A stretch of DNA of 64,000 bases from an uncultured delta proteobacterium. GTDB lineage: Bacteria; Desulfobacterota; Binatia; UBA9968. The notes under the pieces are model-generated. The model was not told the DNA's origin. It made no database searches and saw only the letters and a program-made list of their open reading frames with translations. The position numbers and the translations under genes were made by a program. Positions 1 to 11,187 of this stretch are shown here, one piece after another. The stretch's first letter is position 1. Each line of letters starts with the position of its first letter. The DNA lies in contig CAVUZH010000004.1 in assembly GCA_963745835.1 (NCBI GenBank), positions 32,001 through 96,000 of the forward strand, read 5' to 3'.

Positions 1-33
1 CCGGCTAAACGGTTTATTCAATGTAAAGTTTGT

Positions 34-1417
34 ATGCAACTTGGATTCCCATACGTGGACCCTGGACAGCAAACCCGTCAGGTGCTGCAGTTCAAAGGTT
101 TTCAATCTGTTTATAGCCTGCTGATCTGGTTGTCCGTACTTGTCGCGACTGGAGCCGCGAAACCGGCAGAGGCCGACCCCACCAGACAAGCGGGGGTGCG
201 CAAAGGAGTCGCCAAAGGCAAGATACCAGCCCCTACTCCACCGGTTGGCCGGCTTACCAATAACACCTTGCTCCCTGCTCGGCAGGCAACCGCCTTGGAT
301 TTTTGGCATAGGCGGGAATACTTGTTCATCGGTCCGTTCCGGAGATACCTTACCCAGAATCCTTGACCGATTTAACCTGACCGCCAGCGACAAGGAGCTC
401 TGGGACCGTTCGATTCGCCAACACTTCCGGTCGGGGAAGCTGGCTCCCGGAAGACAAGTCCATTTCTACTTCGCTAAGCCGGATATCGATGCTAATCGGC
501 CTACCGAGTCGTTGGTGGCAGTAGAGGTCGACTTCGACGACTCGATGGATCTGACGTGGGAAAAAACCGGCCGGAGTGTCTTTTTCGCGCGACGGGAAAA
601 GCCGGTCAATGTTGAGTTGAGAACCGCCACCGCAACTATCGAAGACTCTCTATTCACGTCCGGTATGAAGGCCGGTATTCACACCAGCCTACTTTCACAA
701 TTGGCCGATATTTTTACCTGGGATGTTGATCTTGAGAACATCTATCAAGGCGACAGCTTCAAGATCTTATACGAGCAGCGCAGCACAAGGGGCCAACCGG
801 ACAAGCCCCAACTGCGAATCCTGGCCGCAGAGTTGATCAATGCCGGCCAGAAAAAGACTGCGATTTACTTCGAGAAGCAGAAAGGCATGGGCGGGTATTA
901 CAACATCGAGGGCAGAAGCTTAGCCCGTTCATTTCTTCGCTTCCCGTTGGAATTTGCCAACATTACCTCAACGTTCAGCGAGTCTCGGTTTCATCCGGTT
1001 TTGAAGACCAGCCTGCCGCACACCGGGGTGGATTTTGCCGCGGAACGGGGTACGCCTGTTCGAGCTGTCGGCGATGGCATCATTAACCAGGCTGCTTGGA
1101 GCGGCAGTTACGGCAAATTAGTTGAAATCCAACATGATGCCGGCTTTGCCACCCGCTACGCACATCTTTCGGGCTACGGGAATGGTATCCGGAAGGGTGG
1201 TGTGGTGAAAAAAGGCCAGGTAATTGGGTTTGTCGGTTCAACCGGCAGAACCACCGGTCCCCACCTCCATTTCGAGCTCTATAAAGACCAACAATACATC
1301 AACCCGCTCAGCCTCGACTTTCCTGCCGAAGACACCATCGAACCCGCACTGCTAACCGTATTTGAAGACCAAAAAAATACCTTCCTAGTCGAATTGACTT
1401 CCTTGCCTCAGTCCTAG
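34..1417 (+). CDS. M23 family peptidoglycan DD-endopeptidase (MepM-like); frameshift near 330
   Basis: The C-terminal part has M23 motifs HTGVDF and TGPHLHFE. The hydrophobic N-terminus (VYSLLIWLSVLVATG) is in ORF 34..366 and joins the 140..1417 frame if one G is removed near 331 (EYLFI-VRSGDTL). Start uncertain. Confidence 0.85.
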
Positions 1418-1686
1418 TTCGGCTCTTTTAACCGATCAGCAGTATCACACCGCGCCATCATCAGTGGTTTTCTGAATGCGCATCCAGCTTTTTATCGGCT
1501 CCAGCAAACAACCAACAATACGTTTTCGGTGACTGATCCTACGGGCCTCCTTCCGGTTGTCGAAACACGCTGCCGCCTGATCTCTGTTCAACTCTTGAGA
1601 ACACTCTCCGCAAATAAAGCTGCTTCTGGACGATAGCATGGCCGGGTTGTACACTCTGATCATCCTACAGCTATTAATCCCAACGG

Positions 1687-2940
1687 TTGGGCACTGATAT
1701 GATCCAGAAGGCCGTGATCTTGAGCACCGGCGACGAACTCACCACCGGACGAGTCATCGATACGAACTCGGCAGCGATCGCGGAGCGCCTTTTCGCCATC
1801 GGAGTGGAGGTAGCGGCGATTCTGAAGGTTGGCGACAATAAAGATCAGCTCCTGTGGGCGCTGCGGCAGGCGCAGGCGCTGGCAGATATTGTGATCGGCA
1901 CCGGCGGCCTCGGACCAACCAGTGATGATCTCACAACCGAAGTCGTGGCGGAATTTCTCGGGCATAAACTTCGGCAAAATGAGGAAGTCGCGAGAGGACT
2001 TGAGCAGCGCTTTAAAGAGCGCGATATCAGTTGGTCGTCCAATACCTTGAAGCAGGCGATGTTTCCGGACGGATCAACGATCATTTCTAATCCGGTGGGG
2101 ACGGCTCCCGGCTTTCACGTGCCAATTAGGCCGGACAAGACGCTCCTGTGGCTTTCCGGAGTGCCGCAAGAAATGGTTGCTATGCTGGATCAAACGGTTT
2201 TACCGTGGATCGAGCGACAGCAGAGCGAAACGGGACGTGTTTTTGCCTGCACGTTTAAGATTCACGGAATCACTGAAGGCAAGCTTGATGAGATGTTAAG
2301 TCCGCTACATCTGAAAAATCATGCGAGATTGTCGTTTCGCGTGCATTATCCCGATCTTTCTTTGCGACTGACGGTTAGAACTAAGAGCCCGGATGCATTC
2401 GTTCTTTTTGAATTGATCAAAAAGGAAATTAGAGCAATTCTCGGGAAGCACATCTATGCCGAGGGGGATACAACTCTGGAAGAGGTGATCGGCAGTATAC
2501 TTATGGAAAAGCAGCAAACTCTCGCTCTCGCTGAGTCTTGTACTGGCGGTTACATCAGCCACCGGGTGACCCGGGTCGCCGGCAGCTCAGGTTACTACTA
2601 TGGCGGTGCGGTAACGTATTCCAACGAAGCGAAGATACGCTTTCTGGACGTCCGCCCAGAAACTTTGGAAGAACACGGCGCCGTCAGTCGCGAAACGGCC
2701 TTAGAAATGTCGGCAGGCATCAAACAACGCACCGGTGCGGATGTTGGGCTGAGCGTCACGGGTGTGGCGGGTCCTGCGGGTGGCAGCGCGGCGAAGCCGG
2801 TTGGCACGGTTTGGGTCAGCATCGCTCAAACGGGAAGCCATGAAGCAAAACATTTTAGGTTCGCTGGCGATCGCGAGCGCATTATTCTCGGTACGTCGCA
2901 GGTCGCTCTGAATTGGCTGCGTACCAGCCTTCTGCGATGA
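1687..2940 (+). CDS. cinA: Competence/damage-inducible protein CinA (MoCF-binding domain plus NMN deamidase)
   Basis: Motifs GDELTTGRVIDTN, GGLGPTSDDLT, LAESCTGG, TGVAGPAGG, KPVGTV; lies upstream of recA. Confidence 0.95.
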   Translation: MGTDMIQKAVILSTGDELTTGRVIDTNSAAIAERLFAIGVEVAAILKVGDNKDQLLWALRQAQALADIVIGTGGLGPTSDDLTTEVVAEFLGHKLRQNEEVARGLEQRFKERDISWSSNTLKQAMFPDGSTIISNPVGTAPGFHVPIRPDKTLLWLSGVPQEMVAMLDQTVLPWIERQQSETGRVFACTFKIHGITEGKLDEMLSPLHLKNHARLSFRVHYPDLSLRLTVRTKSPDAFVLFELIKKEIRAILGKHIYAEGDTTLEEVIGSILMEKQQTLALAESCTGGYISHRVTRVAGSSGYYYGGAVTYSNEAKIRFLDVRPETLEEHGAVSRETALEMSAGIKQRTGADVGLSVTGVAGPAGGSAAKPVGTVWVSIAQTGSHEAKHFRFAGDRERIILGTSQVALNWLRTSLLR

Positions 2941-2954
2941 GGTAATCGTTAGCA

Positions 2955-3518
2955 GTGATTCGCGCGTTCATCGGGGTGGAGATCGCTACTGAGGTCCGCG
3001 GTCGAATTTCCGAAGCGATAGCGCAGCTGGCGCCGGAAATTTCCGGGATTCGCTGGGTCCGGGAAGAAAACTTTCATTTCACGCTGAAGTTTCTAGGTCT
3101 TATAGAAGAGCCGCAAATCGAGCTTATCAGCAACGCGCTTGCTCAAGCCATCCACCCCTTTCGGCGGTTTACTATTAATGCTAAATGTTTCGGAGTATTC
3201 CCCGATATCAAAAGGGCTCGCGTTTTATGGGTCGGTCTAGAAGGAAGTGACATGCCGGCCCTGGCAAAGAGTGTCGAATCTGTGTTAGAACCCTTCGGCT
3301 TTCCCAGCGAAAACAGAATCTTTCGGCCCCACTTAACAGTCGGCCGATGGCGCCATCCGATGGGATCGCAGCAACAGCTCGAGGGCAAGCTCAAGCTCTG
3401 GAATAATTTCGAATTCGGCGAGTCAGCTGTCGATGAGGTGGTTTTATTTCAAAGCGTGCTCAAACGGGAGGGCGCGGTGTATCGATCCCTTAAAGCGGTC
3501 CCGCTCGCCGGCGATTGA
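2955..3518 (+). CDS. thpR: RNA 2',3'-cyclic phosphodiesterase (2H family)
   Basis: Two HxT motifs (FHFTLKFLG, PHLTVGR); cinA-thpR-recA gene order. Confidence 0.93.
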   Translation: MIRAFIGVEIATEVRGRISEAIAQLAPEISGIRWVREENFHFTLKFLGLIEEPQIELISNALAQAIHPFRRFTINAKCFGVFPDIKRARVLWVGLEGSDMPALAKSVESVLEPFGFPSENRIFRPHLTVGRWRHPMGSQQQLEGKLKLWNNFEFGESAVDEVVLFQSVLKREGAVYRSLKAVPLAGD

Positions 3519-3557
3519 ATGATTTCATGACCGATCAATACTAAGGAGACAAAGTTC

Positions 3558-4610
3558 ATGGATGTAAACCGGGAGAAAGCCCTTGATTTAGCGGTAAGCC
3601 AAATCGAAAAGCAATTCGGCAAAGGCGCGATCATGAAGCTCGGCGAGGGAGGTGTGGTAAAAGACGTTCCGGTGGTCTCGACCGGCTCTCTTGGGCTCGA
3701 TATTGCTCTCGGTATCGGCGGCGTACCGCGCGGCCGCGTAATCGAGATATACGGTCCTGAATCTTCGGGTAAGACGACCCTGGCGTTGCAAATTGTTGCC
3801 GAAGCGCAGAAGCAAGGCGGCATGGGAGCGTACGTCGATGCCGAGCATGCCTTGGATTTGGGTTATGCAAATAAGCTCGGGGTGAAGACGGATGATTTGT
3901 TAGTCTCACAACCGGACCACGGCGAACAAGCCTTGGAAATCGCCGAGACTCTAGTCCGTAGCGGCGCCATCGATGTCCTAGTGATTGACTCAGTTGCCGC
4001 ACTCGTACCCAAAGCGGAAATTGAAGGTGAGATGGGTGATTCGCACATGGGATTGCAAGCGCGGCTTATGTCCCAGGCTTTACGCAAACTCACCGGAACT
4101 ATCGCGCGCTCCCACACTGTCGTCATCTTTATCAATCAGATTCGTATGAAGATTGGTGTGATGTTCGGCAATCCTGAAACCACTACCGGTGGCAACGCTT
4201 TGAAATTTTATGCGTCTGTGCGGATGGATATCCGCCGGATCGGCGCATTGAAGGATGGTGACAATATTGTTGGTGGGCGGACCCGGGTAAAAGTAGTCAA
4301 AAACAAGATGGCTCCGCCATTCAAAGAAGCCGAGTTCGATGTGCTTTACGGCACTGGCATTTCTCGCGATGGGGAGATCGTCGATCTCGGCAGCGAAATG
4401 GGTATCGTCGAGAAAAGCGGCGCCTGGTACTCGTTTGGCGGCGATAGAATCGGCCAGGGACGCGAAGCGGCGAAAAATTTTCTAAAAGAACATCCCGAGA
4501 TCGCGCAGCAAATCATGTCAAGAGTGATGGAGCGTGTCGGCTTGAAGCGAGAGGAAGCCCCTGTTATGGCCGGGAACGCCGATAGGAAAGAAAAAGCAAA
4601 AGTAAAGTAA
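3558..4610 (+). CDS. recA: Recombinase RecA
   Basis: [32 protein letters not shown]; AAGGAG ribosome-binding site. Confidence 0.99.
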   Translation: MDVNREKALDLAVSQIEKQFGKGAIMKLGEGGVVKDVPVVSTGSLGLDIALGIGGVPRGRVIEIYGPESSGKTTLALQIVAEAQKQGGMGAYVDAEHALDLGYANKLGVKTDDLLVSQPDHGEQALEIAETLVRSGAIDVLVIDSVAALVPKAEIEGEMGDSHMGLQARLMSQALRKLTGTIARSHTVVIFINQIRMKIGVMFGNPETTTGGNALKFYASVRMDIRRIGALKDGDNIVGGRTRVKVVKNKMAPPFKEAEFDVLYGTGISRDGEIVDLGSEMGIVEKSGAWYSFGGDRIGQGREAAKNFLKEHPEIAQQIMSRVMERVGLKREEAPVMAGNADRKEKAKVK

Positions 4611-4629
4611 CAAAAGGTTAGTCTCGGAT

Positions 4630-5133
4630 CTGAACCGAACGAGTCACAGACCTAAATCGCCTGATTCGGAGGAGGAGGCGCTTCAATCCGCCCTTCGATA
4701 TCTCAGCTATCGTGCCCGCAGTGAACGGGAGCTACTCACCCATCTATCCCGTAAAGGCTATTCAGCCGCCGCCCGAGAGAAGGCTCTGGGAAAACTCCGC
4801 TCTCTCAATTACATTAATGATGAGTCCTTCGCGCGGAGTTGGGCTTGGTCCAGAGCCGCCGGCCGAAACTACGGACCAAAGAGAATTGAACGGGAACTAA
4901 GGGCCAAGGGCGTTGGGCAGCCATTGATCCGAGACGTAATCGGCACGACCTTCGCTCAGGGCGACGAGGAAAAGAACGCTAAAAACTTGTTGGACAAAAA
5001 ATTTAAAGGAGTCAATCTTCGAGATCCCAAAGTCCTTCGCCGAGCGAGCGCGTTTCTCGCGCGCCGTGGTTACAGCAGTCAGGTGATTTATAGTCTGATG
5101 GGACGCCGCGGGGAGGACGATGTAGAACCATGA
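4630..5133 (+). CDS. recX: Regulatory protein RecX (probable CTG start)
   Basis: The frame of ORF 4924..5133 is open upstream and reads ALRYLSYRARSERELLTHLSRKGY...LNYINDESFARSW...YGPKRIERELRAKGV, ending FLARRGYS. It lies between recA and alaS. Confidence 0.88.
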   Translation: MNRTSHRPKSPDSEEEALQSALRYLSYRARSERELLTHLSRKGYSAAAREKALGKLRSLNYINDESFARSWAWSRAAGRNYGPKRIERELRAKGVGQPLIRDVIGTTFAQGDEEKNAKNLLDKKFKGVNLRDPKVLRRASAFLARRGYSSQVIYSLMGRRGEDDVEP

Positions 5134-7781
5134 TGACTGGAAACGACATTCGCAGATCCTTCTTGGATTATTTCACGAGGCAATCTCATACGATTGTGAA
5201 GAGTTCTTCGCTGGTGCCGGACAAAGACCCGACCTTGCTCTTCACCAACGCCGGCATGGTGCAATTTAAGAACGTTTTTCTTGGCCAGGAACGGCTGCCC
5301 TACTCGCGCGCCGCAAGCTCTCAGAAGTGTTTGCGCATCAGCGGCAAACACAACGATCTGGAGGCGGTCGGCAGGGATACCTACCATCACACGTTCTTTG
5401 AGATGTTGGGCAACTGGTCCTTCGGCGACTATTACAAAGCCGAAGCGATTGAGTGGGCCTGGGAGCTGCTCACCCGAGAGTGGAGTTTGCCCAAAGAGAA
5501 GCTCTGGGCGACGGTATATCTCGACGACGATGAAGCTGAGCGGCTGTGGGCCAGAATCAGCGGGCTGCCGGCGGAGCGCATTCGGCGCTTCGGGGCGAAG
5601 GAAAACTTTTGGGAGATGGGCGAGACCGGGCCCTGCGGGCCCTGTAGCGAGATCCACCTCGACCGCGGACCTGAAGCGTGCGACAGGAAGGGCCTGGTAG
5701 GCCACGTCTGCCAAGTCAATGGCGATTGCGCCCGGTACATCGAGCTCTGGAATCTTGTTTTTATTCAGTACAACCGCAAAGACAACCGCGAGCTGGAAGA
5801 GCTGCCGTCAAAACACGTTGATACCGGCATGGGCTTGGAACGCATTACGGCGGTGCTGCAAAACGTGCTGTCGAATTACGATATCGACTACATGCGCGAG
5901 CTAACGGCGGCGGTCGAAAGCCTGACCGGGAAACGATATGGCGACGATGCCGCGGCCGATATTTCCTTCCGTGTAATCGACGATCACGCCAGAGCTGTCA
6001 GCTTTCTCATTGCCGATGGTGTGATGCCCAGCAACGAGGGGCGTGGCTACGTCTTACGACGATTGCTTAGAAGGGCGGCGCGTCACGGCCGTCTGATCGG
6101 ATTGAAGGAACCGTTTCTTTACCAGGTCGCGGGCACCGTCGGAAAAGTGATGGGCGAGGCCTATGCTGAGCTTCGAACTGAAGCACAGCGTATCCGTGAG
6201 ATTATCCGCAATGAGGAAGAGCGGTTCAGTGAAACCTTGGAGAAGGGACTGGTGATTCTCGAAGACGCCGCCGCAAAACTGAAACAGCAAAACCAGAAGA
6301 CGCTGCCAGGCGACGTTGCATTTCGGCTGTACGACACTTACGGTTTTCCGCTGGACCTGACCGAAGACATTCTTCGCACCGAGAATATTTCCGTCGATCA
6401 GCAAGGTTTCGAGAATCTCATGGAGACACAGCGTTCCCGCGGTCGCGAAGCGCGGGCGATTGCGATGGACGTTTTTGACCAGGTTGCGGTCGCGGATGCG
6501 GTGACAGCGACTAAGTTCATCGGCTACGATCATCTCGAGGCAGAGTCGACCGTCGTCGCCCTCTATGCTAACGGAGCAAGTAGAACGGAAGCTGTGGAAG
6601 GCGATGTGATCGATCTACTCACGGCTGTGACGCCTTTCTATGGAGAATCGGGCGGTCAGGTTGGTGACCGGGGTACCATTACCAGCGCGCGAGGCGATGT
6701 CATACAGGTGATGGATACCCAGCATCCAACGCCGCAACTCACAGTACATCGGGGTCAAGTAAAGAGAGGCCGCATTCAACTCGGTGATAAAGTGCATTTG
6801 GAAGTCGATCAAAAAAATCGCCAGAAGACCAGATTGAACCACTCGGCGACTCATATCCTTCATGCGGTGATGCGAGAGCAACTAGGCAGCCATGTGCGAC
6901 AAGCCGGTTCTCTAGTGACGCCGGATCGGCTGCGTTTCGATTTTAACCACACCGGTACAATATCCGATGAGAAACTTGCCGATATCGAAACCACTGTCAA
7001 CGACCGAATCCGGCAAGATGCGGCCGTCTCGATCGAGGAAACAAGTTTTGATGACGCGTTGCGAAAAGGCGCGTTAGCATTCTTTGGCGATAAGTACGGT
7101 GATCGGGTGCGGCTGGTAAAGATCGGCGATTTTTCCACCGAGTTATGCGGCGGCACGCACGTTCATCATTCCGGCCAAATAGGCATTTTCAAGCTTCACG
7201 CCGAGGCAGGTGTGGCTGCGGGGGTACGACGAGTCGAAGCAGTCACCGGCGAAGGGGCGCTCGGGTTGATCCGACGCTACGAGGACGACTTAAAGCAAAT
7301 CGGCCACATGCTGCGCGCCGGCGAAGACAGCGCCGTCGAGCGCGTCAGGAAACTATTGCAGCAGCAAAAGGAGCTGGAAAAGGAGATCGATCGCCTACGC
7401 GCTCAACTTGGCAAGAACCAGATTCCGGACATTTTGGCTAGAAAAGAAAAAATTAATGGCATCGACGTCTTAATCAGCTGCGTTGACGGAGTCGATCCCA
7501 AGCAATTGCGGGAGCTTGCCGATCAACTCAAAGAACAGATGCCCGCCGGTTTTATATTTCTCGCCAGCCAAGGAGACAATGGAGTAAATCTTGTGGCGAG
7601 CGCGAGCACCGATCTTGCCAAGCGGATCCATGCGGGAAACATAATCAAAGAAGTCGCGCCCATCGTCGGTGGTGGCGGCGGCGGCCGGCCTGATTTCGCT
7701 CAAGCTGGCGGCAAGAATCCAGCGCGAACAGACGAAGCCTTGGCTGAGGTTAAGAAAATCGTCAGCGCAAAGCTGTCTTGA
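5130..7781 (+). CDS. alaS: Alanine--tRNA ligase
   Basis: DPTLLFTNAGMVQFK, HHTFFEMLGNWSFGDY, NHSATHILH, ELCGGTHV, GGGGGRPDFAQAGG. Confidence 0.99.
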   Translation: MMTGNDIRRSFLDYFTRQSHTIVKSSSLVPDKDPTLLFTNAGMVQFKNVFLGQERLPYSRAASSQKCLRISGKHNDLEAVGRDTYHHTFFEMLGNWSFGDYYKAEAIEWAWELLTREWSLPKEKLWATVYLDDDEAERLWARISGLPAERIRRFGAKENFWEMGETGPCGPCSEIHLDRGPEACDRKGLVGHVCQVNGDCARYIELWNLVFIQYNRKDNRELEELPSKHVDTGMGLERITAVLQNVLSNYDIDYMRELTAAVESLTGKRYGDDAAADISFRVIDDHARAVSFLIADGVMPSNEGRGYVLRRLLRRAARHGRLIGLKEPFLYQVAGTVGKVMGEAYAELRTEAQRIREIIRNEEERFSETLEKGLVILEDAAAKLKQQNQKTLPGDVAFRLYDTYGFPLDLTEDILRTENISVDQQGFENLMETQRSRGREARAIAMDVFDQVAVADAVTATKFIGYDHLEAESTVVALYANGASRTEAVEGDVIDLLTAVTPFYGESGGQVGDRGTITSARGDVIQVMDTQHPTPQLTVHRGQVKRGRIQLGDKVHLEVDQKNRQKTRLNHSATHILHAVMREQLGSHVRQAGSLVTPDRLRFDFNHTGTISDEKLADIETTVNDRIRQDAAVSIEETSFDDALRKGALAFFGDKYGDRVRLVKIGDFSTELCGGTHVHHSGQIGIFKLHAEAGVAAGVRRVEAVTGEGALGLIRRYEDDLKQIGHMLRAGEDSAVERVRKLLQQQKELEKEIDRLRAQLGKNQIPDILARKEKINGIDVLISCVDGVDPKQLRELADQLKEQMPAGFIFLASQGDNGVNLVASASTDLAKRIHAGNIIKEVAPIVGGGGGGRPDFAQAGGKNPARTDEALAEVKKIVSAKLS

Positions 7782-8206
7782 TGAAAGTAAACACCTCAAA
7801 GCTAACCGAGACCACCCAGGGTTTTTGCGACATCATCGATATTACCGCCAAAGTGGCAGCGCAAGTCCGGGACGCCGAGATCAAGGACGGCTTAGTTGCT
7901 CTTTTCGTCACCGGCTCGACTGCTGCTCTCACTACCATCGAACATGAGCCAGGACTCGTTCAAGACCTCAAAGAGCTCATCGAAAAATTGATTCCTTCTG
8001 ACAGACGCTATCATCATGACGATCGATGGGGCGACGATAATGGATTTTCTCATCTGAGAGCGTCACTGTTTGGACCCTCACTGCAGATTCCCGTCGCACA
8101 TGGCCGCCTAGCTCTCGGCACGTGGCAACAAATCATTCTTCTCGATTTCGATAACCGGCCACGAACCAGGGAGATCGTCGTCCAGCTCATAGGAGGTAGG
8201 GAGTGA
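7778..8206 (+). CDS. yjbQ: YjbQ/UPF0047 family protein
   Basis: GSTAALTTIE, NGFSHLRASLFGPS, LGTWQQIILLDFD. Confidence 0.92.
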   Translation: MMKVNTSKLTETTQGFCDIIDITAKVAAQVRDAEIKDGLVALFVTGSTAALTTIEHEPGLVQDLKELIEKLIPSDRRYHHDDRWGDDNGFSHLRASLFGPSLQIPVAHGRLALGTWQQIILLDFDNRPRTREIVVQLIGGRE

Positions 8207-9228
8207 AAGACGAGAAGAACAGATCGCTGACGAGTGCGCTACCAAAAGAAAACGCACACTTGGAACTTAACGATCCACGCCTGTTCCGCGATCTCTTAGG
8301 CCAACACGATCAGCATATCAAAATTCTGCAGCAGGCTTTGGATGTGAGAATTCGGGTGCGCGGCTCGTCCCTCGAAATCGAAGGCGACCCTCTCCAAGTG
8401 GAGCTTGCCGGTCAGATTATCCGTCAGCTTTACGGGCTATTGGAAAAAGGCTATCCGGTCTATCCCAGCGATGTCGACTATGCCATTCGCATTCTGAGCG
8501 GCGACAGCAGGGCTAAACTACAGGATATCTTTCTCGACACCATCTATATCTCAGCGCACAAGCGGACGATCACTCCGAAAAGCATCGCGCAAAAGGCTTA
8601 CATCGATGCTATTCGCCGCTATGACATCGTATTCGGGATCGGACCGGCAGGTACTGGCAAAACTTATTTAGCCATGGCCATGGCGGTTGCCGAGCTGATG
8701 AAAAACAATTTTGTGCGCATCATTCTCACTCGCCCGGCAGTGGAGGCCGGCGAGAAGTTAGGTTTTCTGCCCGGCGATTTAGCTGAGAAGGTCAATCCGT
8801 ATCTGCGACCGCTGTATGATGCGCTGCATGACATGGTGGATTTCGATCGCGCGCGGAAATTGGTCGAGCGCGGCACCATCGAGGTTGCGCCGCTCGCCTT
8901 CATGCGAGGACGAACATTGAACGATTCCTTCGTAATCCTCGATGAAGCGCAGAACACAACCCCCGAACAGATGAAGATGTTCCTCACCCGCCTGGGCTAT
9001 GGCTCAAAGGCGGTCATCACCGGCGATGCGACGCAAATCGATCTACCTGCGGGAAAGGCTTCGGGACTGAAGGAGGCTTTTCGCATTCTCAGGGGGGTAC
9101 ACGGCATCCGCTTCGTCAACTTCACCGAAAAGGATGTTGCCCGTCATCATTTGGTGCAAGAGATCATCACCGCCTATGAGCGCGATGAGAACCAGATTGC
9201 CTCGGCAGAGCTTGCTGATAAGAGATAA
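8203..9228 (+). CDS. phoH: PhoH family ATPase
   Basis: GPAGTGKTYLA, RPAVEAGEKLGFLPGD, AFMRGRTL, DEAQN. Confidence 0.96.
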   Translation: MKDEKNRSLTSALPKENAHLELNDPRLFRDLLGQHDQHIKILQQALDVRIRVRGSSLEIEGDPLQVELAGQIIRQLYGLLEKGYPVYPSDVDYAIRILSGDSRAKLQDIFLDTIYISAHKRTITPKSIAQKAYIDAIRRYDIVFGIGPAGTGKTYLAMAMAVAELMKNNFVRIILTRPAVEAGEKLGFLPGDLAEKVNPYLRPLYDALHDMVDFDRARKLVERGTIEVAPLAFMRGRTLNDSFVILDEAQNTTPEQMKMFLTRLGYGSKAVITGDATQIDLPAGKASGLKEAFRILRGVHGIRFVNFTEKDVARHHLVQEIITAYERDENQIASAELADKR

Positions 9229-9269
9229 CGCCAAGCTGCTGCATGATTGCGGCAAACATAGGAGTTGCA

Positions 9270-10396
9270 CTACTGAACTGCTTCGAGTGTTACTTTCGTC
9301 TGGACGGTTTTACCATCGCGCAGCAGCGCCACAGTCACGGTATCGCCGACCTGGTGATTTTCCAGAATCAGAAAAAGGTCATTGGGTGACTCCACCTTTT
9401 TACCTTCGATAGCAGTAATCACATCGCCGAGAATCAGCCGTCCCGAGCTCTCACGCCGGGTCGGTCGAATTCCTGCTTTGGCCGGACCGCCGCGCATCAC
9501 ATCCATGATCAAAACTCCGTTGACTCCTATTTCTTGGCGATTTGTTCTTCGGCCAATTCGACTCCCAGGCCCGGCCTGATTATCTTTCCGCTGCGAATCA
9601 ACTCCGGCACAATTCGATTAACCGCGTCGAGTGGAATGGCAAAGCCGATACCCGCCGAAGCTCCCGTTGGGCTATAAATGTTGACCCCGATCAAACGTCC
9701 CGCGCTGTCGAGCAAGGGACCGCCGGAGTTTCCCGGATTGATCGCTGCGTCAGTTTGAATGACCCCCTTGTATGGGACGGCGGGTCACCGAATCGATTTC
9801 GCGGCCAAGCGCGCTGATCACGCCCGTGGTCAATGATTGGTCAAGACCGAAAGGGTTGCCGATGGCAAAGACGCTCTGGCCAACTTGTAATTCCTTGGAT
9901 GTTCCCAGTGGAATCGGGCGCAGCCGATTAGCCGGCGCATCGATTCGCAGGACTGCTAGATCCTTATCAGCAGCAACGCCGACGACCTGTGCCTTCCAAT
10001 TGGATTAATCACCTAAAGTCACTTGGGTGGTAGCGGCATTCTGAATAACGTGAAAATTGGTGATGATGTTGCCTTTGGTATCCCAAACAAATCCGGAACC
10101 GGTCCCTTGCGTATCTGGTAAAGATTCAACGTAAACAGATCCCGTTGAACTCCGATAGCGGGGATGTTGACCACCGCGCGTGATGCTTGTCTAATAGCCC
10201 AATGGTCGACCTTTCATCGGACCAAAGCTCCCCGCGTGGCGAGACTGCACGCGGGGGCGGCCTTGGGATCATTTAAGGTGGCGCTATCAAGCCACGGTTG
10301 TTGACCCAATACAAACGTCACTAACGCAATCGAAATCGTGGCCGCAATGGCCGCCCAATGGGACAGCCCGGCCTTAGGAGAATTATTATTGTCCAT
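9270..10396 (-). pseudogene. Degraded HtrA/Deg1-like trypsin serine protease with PDZ domain
   Basis: Fragments [59 protein letters not shown] and PDZ LGDVITAIEG. It has an in-frame TAA near 10006, about four frameshifts and an apparent two-codon loss (GVN--IYS). Confidence 0.85.
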
Positions 10397-10457
10397 CTGC
10401 AGTCCTTTTGAGCTGTGGAACTTCGATATTATCTGTGTAGTTTTCGACCAACCGCTA

Positions 10458-10519
10458 AACCTAGGGACGGGTGAAGTTATTGTCAAGCAATTGACTCGTC
10501 GATGCCCGATGCTTAGGTT
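10458..10519. promoter_or_regulatory. Back-to-back promoters for the protease pseudogene (-) and hsp20 (+)
   Basis: Minus strand: TTGACA-N17-TAGGTT (10486..10458). Plus strand: TTGACT-N17-TAGGTT (10491..10519). Confidence 0.65.
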
Positions 10520-10559
10520 TCCGTCAGAAAATCTAACGCCGCCTGGAAGGAGGGCAATC

Positions 10560-11006
10560 ATGGAATCGACGAGATGGGAACCTTATGATGGACTGAACCG
10601 ATTACAAGCTCGGATTCACGATCTATTTGATGAGAGTCTTAATCGGGCTCGGTCATACCCGAACGCAGCTGGAGGATCGTGGCTACCCCCGGTGGATATC
10701 CTGGAGAGCAAGGAGGCCTACCTCATTCGGGCCGAACTTCCGGGGATGAAAAAAGAGAACTTCAACCTGGAATTCAATGATGGGACTTTGACCCTTAGCG
10801 GGGAGAGGAAATTCGACGAACCCGCTAACGGCGTAGAGTACCATCGCGTCGAAAGAGTTTCCGGAAAGTTTTCGCGATCCTTCCACCTACCGCAAACCGT
10901 GAAGCCGGATGCGATTAGCGCCAATTATCGCGATGGCATACTTGAAATACAGGTGCCTAAAGCGGATGAGGCAAAACCCCGCCAGATCGCCATCAATGTA
11001 AGCTGA
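10560..11006 (+). CDS. Hsp20/alpha-crystallin small heat-shock protein
   Basis: WLPPVDILE, AELPGMKKE, ERVSGKFSRSFHLP, ANYRDGILEIQVPK; AAGGAGG precedes the ATG at 10560. Confidence 0.95.
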   Translation: MESTRWEPYDGLNRLQARIHDLFDESLNRARSYPNAAGGSWLPPVDILESKEAYLIRAELPGMKKENFNLEFNDGTLTLSGERKFDEPANGVEYHRVERVSGKFSRSFHLPQTVKPDAISANYRDGILEIQVPKADEAKPRQIAINVS

Positions 11007-11017
11007 AACCACCGCAG

Positions 11018-11051
11018 AGACCTGGGGGAAAAGACAAGCTCCCCCAGGTCT
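11018..11051 (+). terminator. Hairpin downstream of hsp20
   Basis: 12-bp inverted repeat AGACCTGGGGGA/TCCCCCAGGTCT; weak U-tract. Confidence 0.6.
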
Positions 11052-11187
11052 TCCCTATTGTACCTGTCGCGCGAGCTTGCGGCTCCGCGACGCAGCATCT
11101 CGACAACCTTGATCACCGTCCAAGAACTTTCTTTTTCCTGACACACTGCCGATTCCGCCCCCATGAATGTGTTCTCGATACAACATT

